Assembly (NCBI RefSeq): GCF_000018305.1 | Contig: NC_009954.1 | Coordinates: 600,001-632,000, forward strand | Origin: Caldivirga maquilingensis IC-167 | GTDB taxonomy: Archaea; Thermoproteota; Thermoprotei; Thermoproteales; Thermocladiaceae | Reading direction: 5' to 3' | DNA length: 32,000 bases | Notes under the pieces: generated by a model | What the model saw: the letters and a program-made list of their open reading frames with translations, nothing else | Database searches by the model: none | What the model was told of the DNA's origin: nothing | Position numbers and translations under genes: made by a program | In this document: piece after piece, positions 25,603 through 32,000 of the stretch | Position numbering within the stretch: the stretch's first letter is position 1 | Layout of the letters: every line of letters begins with the position of its first letter

Positions 25603-26742
25603 ATGATGTCCAGCCTATTTGATAATGTTAAGCCACTTACAATGGGGCAGGAGAGGTTAATTAATGTACTTAAGGATGATGGTAATGAGGTTGTTGGAGC
25701 CTTTGGCCCAACTGGGACTGGTAAAAGTTTCATAACGGTGATTTACGGCATCTCAGCGGTATTAAGTGGTCGATTTAAGAGGCTCATAATAGCTAGGCCT
25801 TTAATAGACATAACCAGTGGTAAGCTTGAATCCCCTGAGGAGTTAGGTGACTTATACTATAGGGTTGCTGGGCAATACCTGTACGACATATTAGGCGACA
25901 TGGTGCCTAGGGATGATATGGAGAAGATGCTTAGGGATGGTAGAGTTATAGTGACTGATGTTAGCTACCTAAGGGGTAGGACCTTCGATGAATCAGTGAT
26001 ACTGCTTGATGATGCACAGCATGCTCCCCCAGAGAACGCTGCTGAGGTTCTTATGAGGATGGGTAGGAACGCTAGGTTGATAATTGCCGGTGATCCAATA
26101 CTGCAGAGGCCATTGGGTATTGAGAAGGATGGCGCAACGTTAATGAGGGAGGTTCTGCTTAATGAGGAGAAGGCTATGGTTGTTGACTTAGGTTTGAAGG
26201 ATATAATTAGACCTGGAGCTAAGAGGGGCCTTAAATTAATGTTTGAGCTTAGGTTAAGGAGAAGGAGCCTGAATGATGATGAGAAGAAGTTAATGGATGT
26301 TATAAGGGTTCATGCCCCAGATGCGGATGTAGTCACTGTGGTGGGCTTTAGGGATATTAAGGAGAACCTAGACATAAAGTCTGAGAATGCCCCAGATGCA
26401 TTAATAGTGGCTAAGGAGGGTTACTTAGGTAGGGTTGTGGGTAAGGGTGGGGAGAGGATTAAGGCTATTGAGAATGATTCAGGCTTCAAGTTAATAAGAA
26501 CGGTTGAAATGAGCCTTGACTTTAAGCAGTGGATTAGAACAATACATCCAATAAGCTGGATAATTAAGCACATTGTTGATGTTGATTTCGCTGGACCTGA
26601 GTTACAAGTGATCTTGAGGAGGGAAATGGGGGCCTTCGTTGGGCCTAAGGGAACCTACATTAGGCTTCTTGATAGGGTTTTCAAGAGGTTATTGAACATT
26701 GGCGTGAGGGCTATTGAGGAGGAGCAGCCAACGGAGCAATAG
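25603..26742 (+). CDS. PhoH-like P-loop ATPase with a C-terminal KH domain
   Basis: Walker A GPTGTGKSF, Walker B ILLDDAQH, and a KH GxxG core in LGRVVGKGGERIKAIENDSG. Confidence 0.8.
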   Translation: MMSSLFDNVKPLTMGQERLINVLKDDGNEVVGAFGPTGTGKSFITVIYGISAVLSGRFKRLIIARPLIDITSGKLESPEELGDLYYRVAGQYLYDILGDMVPRDDMEKMLRDGRVIVTDVSYLRGRTFDESVILLDDAQHAPPENAAEVLMRMGRNARLIIAGDPILQRPLGIEKDGATLMREVLLNEEKAMVVDLGLKDIIRPGAKRGLKLMFELRLRRRSLNDDEKKLMDVIRVHAPDADVVTVVGFRDIKENLDIKSENAPDALIVAKEGYLGRVVGKGGERIKAIENDSGFKLIRTVEMSLDFKQWIRTIHPISWIIKHIVDVDFAGPELQVILRREMGAFVGPKGTYIRLLDRVFKRLLNIGVRAIEEEQPTEQ

Positions 26743-26786
26743 CGTTGTTTAAGTGATTCGACTATTGTCGTATAAATATTCTGCAG

Positions 26787-27263
26787 TTGAAAAAGTTTAT
26801 TTACCACACCTCCCTCAGTCCCCTAATGTCAGTGAAAATTAATCAACTAATGAGGAGTGGAGTAATATCAGTAGATGCTGCAACACCCATAAAGGAGGCG
26901 GCTAAGGTAATGACTAGGAATAACGTAGGCCTGCTCGTGGTTATGAGTAATGGGAGAATGACCGGTGTAGTCAGTGAGAAGGATATAGTAAGGGCAGTGG
27001 CTAATGGCGTAAACCCAAGCGACCCCATTGAGAAAATAACCACTAAGAGTGTAATATCAGTGAACCATGAATCATCACTACATGAAGCAGCTGAGCTAAT
27101 GCATAAGTTAAACATAAGGCACTTAGTGGTTGTTGATGATAATAATAATCCAGTGGGTGTAGTCTCAATAAGGGATATTGTGGGTGAATCAATTAGATTA
27201 AGGACACTTGCTGAGCAGGGGGTAGTTAATGATACTGAGGAACCAATACCATGCACTGATTAA
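26787..27263 (+). CDS. CBS-domain pair protein
   Basis: Two CBS repeats are present (VISVDAATPIKEAAKVMTRNNVGLLVV...GVVSEKDIVRAV; VISVNHESSLHEAAELMHKLNIRHLVVVD...GVVSIRDIV). The track start at 26787 is TTG. The ATG at 26826 (MSVKINQLM) is the more likely start. Confidence 0.8.
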   Translation: MKKFIYHTSLSPLMSVKINQLMRSGVISVDAATPIKEAAKVMTRNNVGLLVVMSNGRMTGVVSEKDIVRAVANGVNPSDPIEKITTKSVISVNHESSLHEAAELMHKLNIRHLVVVDDNNNPVGVVSIRDIVGESIRLRTLAEQGVVNDTEEPIPCTD

Positions 27264-27342
27264 TTCTAGGCAATATCATTTAATTATAGGCTAATAAAAA
27301 TCATTACCTTTCTTAGATTCAATTCCCTTTAATAGGAGGGGT

Positions 27343-27360
27343 CATTTAAAGTTTATAAAA
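27343..27360 (+). promoter_or_regulatory. TATA-like box (catttaaagtttataaaa) for rps15
   Basis: tttataaaa ends 21 nt upstream of the GTG at 27381. Confidence 0.45.
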
Positions 27361-27380
27361 CTAGGGGATTAGGACTCACC

Positions 27381-27833
27381 GTGCCGCATAGGTCTAGGCA
27401 TAAACGTGGTAGTAGTGGATCAGTTAGGCCAGCAACTAAGACAATACCACCGTGGTTAAGCTACAGTCCTGAGGATGTGGAGAGGCTTGTGGTTGAATTA
27501 GCTAGGAGGGGTTTCACACCATCACTAATAGGTGTTATACTTAGGGATCAGTACGGTATACCACTGGTTAAGATTGTTACAAATAAGAGAATTACTGAGA
27601 TACTTGAGGAGAATGGACTCAAGCCCCAGATACCTGAAGACCTAATGGCATTAATTAGGAGGGCGGTTAACATTAGGAGGCATCTTGAGGAGCATCCCAA
27701 GGATATGTCAGCTAAGAAAGGCTTATTACTAACTGAATCCAAGATACATAGGTTAATTAAGTACTACAAGAGGACTGGCGTACTTCCATTAGACTTCACC
27801 TACAGCCCGGAGAGGTTTGCCATGGCGACTTAA
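27381..27833 (+). CDS. rps15: 30S ribosomal protein S15 (uS15, S13e type)
   Basis: [16 protein letters not shown]....[33 protein letters not shown] is the archaeal S15/S13e N-terminus. 150 aa. Confidence 0.9.
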   Translation: MPHRSRHKRGSSGSVRPATKTIPPWLSYSPEDVERLVVELARRGFTPSLIGVILRDQYGIPLVKIVTNKRITEILEENGLKPQIPEDLMALIRRAVNIRRHLEEHPKDMSAKKGLLLTESKIHRLIKYYKRTGVLPLDFTYSPERFAMAT

Positions 27834-27907
27834 AGACAAGAATAATGAAATTAAATAACGCCTCCTTACCTCAGTAATAGTTAAAAGGGTTAAAGACTAA
27901 CCAGCTT

Positions 27908-28945
27908 ATGCAGTATGTTAAGCTTGGTTGGTCTGGGGTTAAGGTTTCACAACTATGCCTCGGCATGTGGCATCTTCCTCCTTCTAGGGTTAGGGATGAG
28001 TATGGTGTTTATAAGGTTGATGAGGAGGAGTCTGTTAGGATAATTAGGAGGGCTATTGACCTGGGTATTAACTTCATTGATACAGCCAACGTATACCATG
28101 GGACGATGTCTGGGCCGGATTACATCCACGCCGGTAATGCTGAGAGGATACTGGGTAATGTGCTTAAGGGGTATGATAGGGAATCACTAGTCATAGCAAC
28201 AAAAGTTAGATTCCGCATGGCACCCTGGCCCAATGGCGAAGGATTATCTAGAAAACACATTAGGTGGCAAATAAAGGAATCATTAAGGCGGCTTAATTTA
28301 GATTATGTTGATTTATATCAAATACATGCCCCTGACCCCGATACTCCTAAGATTGAGACTCTTAGGGCTTTGAATCAGCTTGTTGAGGATGGTTTAGTGA
28401 ATTATATTGGTGAAAGCAATCACCCAGCACACGACATAGTGGAATTCATGGAGCTAGCCGACAAACACAACCTAGAACCCTTCACAACAATGCAGGAACC
28501 ATATAATTATATTGAGAGGTGGATTGAGAATGATAAAATACCTGTAGCTAAAAGATACGGCATGGCAATACTAGCCTACATTCCATTAGCCCAGGGAGTA
28601 TTAACGGGAAAATACGTGGACTTTGAGAAGAAGACCTGGAGAATACCTGAAATGTCCAGGGCAGATTACATAGAGGGCATGAGGCGCAGGTATTTCACTG
28701 ATAGGAATCTTAAAATACTCATGGAGTTCCACGAGGTGGCTAAGGAATTAGGTGTAAGTGACTCCCAGTTAGCATTAGCATGGATGCTTAAGAAGGGTGA
28801 AAGCCTTGGGGTAACTATAATACCCATAATAGGTGCAACAAGCGTTAAGCAACTTGAGGAGGATTTAGAAAGCCTAAACGTTAAAATAAATGATGACGTA
28901 ATGAAGAGGCTTGAGGACATATATAAGACCTACACCTCCCAATAA
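27908..28945 (+). CDS. Aldo/keto reductase family oxidoreductase
   Basis: GINFIDTANVY (catalytic Asp/Tyr region), VIATKV (Lys), DLYQIHAPD (His), and the C-terminal IPIIGATS cofactor-binding motif. 345 aa. Confidence 0.85.
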   Translation: MQYVKLGWSGVKVSQLCLGMWHLPPSRVRDEYGVYKVDEEESVRIIRRAIDLGINFIDTANVYHGTMSGPDYIHAGNAERILGNVLKGYDRESLVIATKVRFRMAPWPNGEGLSRKHIRWQIKESLRRLNLDYVDLYQIHAPDPDTPKIETLRALNQLVEDGLVNYIGESNHPAHDIVEFMELADKHNLEPFTTMQEPYNYIERWIENDKIPVAKRYGMAILAYIPLAQGVLTGKYVDFEKKTWRIPEMSRADYIEGMRRRYFTDRNLKILMEFHEVAKELGVSDSQLALAWMLKKGESLGVTIIPIIGATSVKQLEEDLESLNVKINDDVMKRLEDIYKTYTSQ

Positions 28946-29242
28946 TCATTAAATAATGATAAAAGGATCAAATTCTAAGTTTCATGGCTCATACATTGAC
29001 TAAAATATAGATAACTCACTAACCTTTAAGGAGGTAAGCTTCTATGTTGAGACCTTAGAGCATTCATCCATTGATTACTACTTAAACCCCTCAATATAAT
29101 CACCATTATTAATAAGGCTTTAAGTACATTATAGCTTCCTAAGGACTAGAATTAAGTTAGGAATAAATACAAGCTAATAAGAATTCTAACATAAGGCCTT
29201 AAAATATTTAAACTATTAATGAGCATGATAGGTTTAGGGGAA

Positions 29243-29258
29243 TAAAGGGAAAAGAAGA
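29243..29258 (-). terminator. Pyrimidine/T-rich tract downstream of the solute-binding protein gene
   Basis: The minus strand reads tcttcttttcccttta ~35 nt after the stop at 29291. Archaeal terminators are T-rich tracts. This is a weak call. Confidence 0.25.
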
Positions 29259-29290
29259 TAGTTTTAATTTAATTAATCATTGATTCATTT

Positions 29291-31663
29291 TCATCTTCTT
29301 AATGCTAGTACTGCTGCTACTATGGCTATGACTATTACTATGATTACTATTCCTATTACTAGTGTTGTGCTTATTACTGGTTTTGTGACTGTTACTGTGC
29401 TTACTGCCGTAGTGGTTGTTGTGCTTACTACTGTGCTTGTTGATGTTACAGTGGCAGTACTAGTCACAGTAGCAACGGCAGTTGAAGTAACAGTGGTTGT
29501 TGAGGTTGTTGTGGCCGTAGTCGTTGAAGTCGTTGTAGTTGAAGTAACTGGAGTATACGGTACATGGAAGTACGATGCTACACAAGCCTGCAACTGAGGA
29601 TCAGGATTAGGTAAACCAATGAATGCCGCATACTGAGGATACTTAGTCCATAATGAACCATTAACAATAGCTTGAGCTAGAGGAGGCATCACGCCTTGAG
29701 GTGCGAATCCACCTAGGAATACTAAGTCTATTGTATCGAAGGATGCTCCTGACATTCCATGAGGATACTCTAACGTGTATGCTGCTTCGCTGTACTTAGA
29801 TGCATTAAACGGTATGCACTTCATTAACCACCCCATATTAACATACTTAGGTACAGCACCCTGAGCTATCGCCTCAGTACCTATTTGAATTGCTGGTACC
29901 CAGTACTCGGACCATGCGTAGAATGCCTTAATTAACTCATAGTATGTTGATGAACCAGGCTCAGCAGCCGTTATGGCATCCTCCCAATTGGTTAGGTTTA
30001 TGAGACCATAGGTTGAGTTAATGCACCAGATAATTGTATTATTCGGTATAGGTAGGTTGGTGGTTAATGGTTTACAATACCAGCCGGTAATCTGATTACT
30101 CTGAACAATCGGGTAGGCGAAAGGCGTAGTGGTGCCGTTAATACACCATGCTGCTGGGAATAATGCAGGGCCATTCCATTGAGCTGAAGTTAAGGAAACC
30201 CAGAATGTATCATAACCACCCTTATTAAGGCCTGCATATATGAAATCAACATTATCAGGTAATTTACACGTAGTCTCCTCAGTGGAATATGTTGCAGCCT
30301 CAACAGAAATGACCTTAGTTGGTATTCCAAACTTCCCTAATTGTGCAGCTATTTCAGAACTTATGGTTAACCAGTCAGTACGCCCGTCGGTGTATAGTGT
30401 TAGTGTTAGTGGTGTTCCGTTGGGTAGGTACCATTGGCCGCTCTTATAGGTTAAGCCAGCTGATTCAAGTAACTGAGAGGCGTAAGACCAATTAACAGTA
30501 TAATTAATAACCATGCTCCTAATGCCTTCGGGTATTGTTGACCATAGACCAGGGACAACATTAGGAGCTGGGGCTGGTGCAAGTATCCATACTGGATAGT
30601 AGGCGTATGGTGGCGGTCCCCATGCTAGGGTTGCCTCAGTCCTATTGATAATGTATGCAAATGCTTGTCTGACAGCAGGAATATTAAATGGGTAGTATGC
30701 CGGTATTGAGAATCCCATGGTTGAGATATCTGGCATTGGGTTAAATACGTAACCATCCTTAATGGCGACCTGATATGTTGAAGGTGGTGCAGTCCACCCA
30801 AGTACGAAGAAGTTACTATGGGTAGCCATTAATTCAAGTAATTGAGTTGTTCCTGAGGAGAGTGAAATATAGGCATTTAACTCTGGGTAGTATTGCCATG
30901 TGTGGAATGGAAACACGCTACCCCACTCAGTCAACAACTGCTGGGGCACTAGTTGAACAGTAATTGTCTGTGGACTAACGTGACTAGCATAGTATGGGCC
31001 TAGGCTCCAGTATGGTACAACCATTTCAGTTATATTCTTCTGCCCAAAGGTGTAGGCTTCACTGGCATTCATTGTTTTTAACTCGTTTACTACGTTCTCC
31101 CAGACTGGCCATGGTGTTTCAGGCCTGGTTATAAGTATGAATATCCACTCTGTGGGTGACCATACATCGAAGTGGAATTCAATGGTGTAATTATTAAGCA
31201 CTATTATGTCCTTATCAGCATTCTGAGGACTAATCCAAGGTGAATATGCATTAAAGGCTTTCGCCTCAATGTAGAAGTATGCGTAAACATCCCATGCGGT
31301 GAAGGGTATTGTGGCTGAACCATTAAACCAATATAAGTTATGCCTAAGGTAGATTATCAAGGTCTTATTCTGAGGAAACACAGTCCAATTACTGGCTAAA
31401 ACAGGCCAAAACTCATTAGTAGTCGGGTTCCATAATGCTAATGGCGCATAATCACTGGCCCACCATATTGGCCAAAGGCTTAGGGATGAGAATGGGTTAT
31501 ACCATGGGGCAGGCCATGGGGGGACAACAACGTAGTACCATGGTGCTGCATAGTAAAGGGTGTACGTGGGGTATGATGACTGAGCACTAGCTATACTTAT
31601 TGACATAACTACTATTGCACCTAGTATTAACCATATATGTCTAGAGATACTTAGTTTGCCCAT
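29291..31663 (-). CDS. ABC transporter extracellular solute-binding protein (family 5, oligopeptide/oligosaccharide type), C-terminally membrane-anchored
   Basis: The N-terminal signal sequence is MGKLSISRHIWLILGAIVVMSISIASA. The large W/Y/P-rich body has family-5-like segments. A 60-aa Thr-rich linker and the TM anchor LVIGIVIIVIVIAIVAAVLALRR follow. This is the typical crenarchaeal SBP architecture. Confidence 0.75.
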   Translation of the reverse strand: MGKLSISRHIWLILGAIVVMSISIASAQSSYPTYTLYYAAPWYYVVVPPWPAPWYNPFSSLSLWPIWWASDYAPLALWNPTTNEFWPVLASNWTVFPQNKTLIIYLRHNLYWFNGSATIPFTAWDVYAYFYIEAKAFNAYSPWISPQNADKDIIVLNNYTIEFHFDVWSPTEWIFILITRPETPWPVWENVVNELKTMNASEAYTFGQKNITEMVVPYWSLGPYYASHVSPQTITVQLVPQQLLTEWGSVFPFHTWQYYPELNAYISLSSGTTQLLELMATHSNFFVLGWTAPPSTYQVAIKDGYVFNPMPDISTMGFSIPAYYPFNIPAVRQAFAYIINRTEATLAWGPPPYAYYPVWILAPAPAPNVVPGLWSTIPEGIRSMVINYTVNWSYASQLLESAGLTYKSGQWYLPNGTPLTLTLYTDGRTDWLTISSEIAAQLGKFGIPTKVISVEAATYSTEETTCKLPDNVDFIYAGLNKGGYDTFWVSLTSAQWNGPALFPAAWCINGTTTPFAYPIVQSNQITGWYCKPLTTNLPIPNNTIIWCINSTYGLINLTNWEDAITAAEPGSSTYYELIKAFYAWSEYWVPAIQIGTEAIAQGAVPKYVNMGWLMKCIPFNASKYSEAAYTLEYPHGMSGASFDTIDLVFLGGFAPQGVMPPLAQAIVNGSLWTKYPQYAAFIGLPNPDPQLQACVASYFHVPYTPVTSTTTTSTTTATTTSTTTVTSTAVATVTSTATVTSTSTVVSTTTTTAVSTVTVTKPVISTTLVIGIVIIVIVIAIVAAVLALRR
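29375..29554 (-). repeat. Low-complexity Thr-rich linker-coding tract inside the SBP gene
   Basis: ~60 codons of T/S/V/A. This generates the spurious Val-rich antisense ORF 29280-29597. Confidence 0.85.
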
Positions 31664-31680
31664 ACATTTTAGAAACTGAG

Positions 31681-31737
31681 AACTAGTATTTAAAGTTTTC
31701 CGAAATTACTATAAAAGTGTAGTATGAAACTAGTATT
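31681..31737. promoter_or_regulatory. Two copies of AACTAGTATT (core palindrome ACTAGT) in the SBP promoter region; the proximal copy abuts the TATA-like tttaaata
   Basis: There are exact 10-bp direct repeats at 31681-31690 and 31728-31737. The minus-strand ctttaaatactagtt lies ~20-30 nt upstream of the ATG at 31663. Confidence 0.3.
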
Positions 31738-31771
31738 CACTAGCTCTTACCCACCATTATGGTAATTCCCC

Positions 31772-32000
31772 TTATGCATTGGGGCTTATGCTTTCTATTA
31801 CTACTTCCTGTGCCTCGATATCCTCTAACTCAGCGTCATATCCTCCAATAGTGTATTGATTGCCATTACTCCTTACCACAATGTTAGATACTCTATTAAG
31901 CATGTTAACTGATGATACAACCCCCCTAACCTCTATTGGTTCATTATTCTTCAGGAGTATGCCTTTAACCGATACAACAGGGTTATAGCCATGTGTTAAT
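31772..32000 (-). CDS. Hypothetical protein, C-terminal 75 aa only (the gene enters from beyond the window)
   Basis: My hand translation of the minus strand is ...THGYNPVVSVKGILLKNNEPIEVRGVVSSVNMLNRVSNIVVRSNGNQYTIGGYDAELEDIEAQEVVIESISPNA*, with the stop at 31772-31774. It is stop-free to the window edge and absent from the ORF track because no start lies in the window. Confidence 0.5.
   Translation of the reverse strand, partial: LTHGYNPVVSVKGILLKNNEPIEVRGVVSSVNMLNRVSNIVVRSNGNQYTIGGYDAELEDIEAQEVVIESISPNA

Noticed and set aside
516-30449. Many nested or antisense track ORFs: 516-698, 769-1047, 1675-1950, 4860-5060, 9115-9324, 10075-10389, 10459-10662, 11464-11703, 15033-15269, 15336-15536, 16480-16671, 16930-17124, 17138-17323, 17839-18021, 18708-18980, 18755-18937, 20497-20709, 21223-21462, 23436-23702, 24464-24658, 26843-27256, 27548-27742, 28666-28920 and 30240-30449.
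   Set aside because: Each overlaps a longer ORF on the same or the other strand that has clear family motifs. Their sequences are low-complexity (S/L/T/P-rich) with no recognisable motifs, which is typical of shadow ORFs.
1-32000. I looked for CRISPR arrays, IS elements or transposases, integrases, toxin-antitoxin pairs and known defence-system genes.
   Set aside because: No regularly spaced direct repeats were seen. No transposase, integrase, nuclease or helicase-type ORFs were seen, and no terminal inverted repeats flank the non-coding tracts. The window looks like core chromosome apart from the decayed ABC operon.

Overview
The window is a gene-dense chromosomal segment. By inference from gene content it comes from a hyperthermophilic crenarchaeon, probably Thermoproteales-like. 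The evidence is aIF2-beta, ribosomal proteins S27ae and S15/S13e, Kae1, TATA-like boxes about 25 nt upstream of start codons (leaderless style), and membrane-anchored proteins with Thr/Ser-rich linkers. I found no rRNA, tRNA, CRISPR array, transposase or integrase.

Housekeeping and ordinary metabolic genes:
- galT, galK and pyruvate kinase
- a DtxR-family regulator
- a METTL5-like methyltransferase
- AbrB-PhoU, PhoH-KH and CBS proteins
- an aldo/keto reductase

Points that stand out:
1. An 8-kb concentration of Cys-based sulfur and redox carrier genes lies at 14.7-22.6 kb: TusA, MetE-like, single-Cys OsmC-like, two tandem rhodaneses, a DUF255 thioredoxin-domain protein and a DUF2249-like protein. 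It surrounds a translationally coupled pair at 19926-21148, a Zn-finger plus heme-oxygenase-like (putative di-iron) protein and a TRASH/YHS-like Cys protein. This pair is my best candidate for an undescribed module.
2. A stand-alone DsrMK/HdrDE-like membrane redox module lies at 4438-6955. Its first TM helix is encoded upstream of the only ATG.
3. A decayed ABC permease operon has an in-frame TAA in the DppC-type gene and only a C-terminal stub of the DppB-type gene.
4. A 927-bp gene-free tract lies at 13792-14718.
5. A candidate C/D box sRNA lies at 13135-13184 on the minus strand.

All functional calls come from motif recognition by eye. No database search was run.
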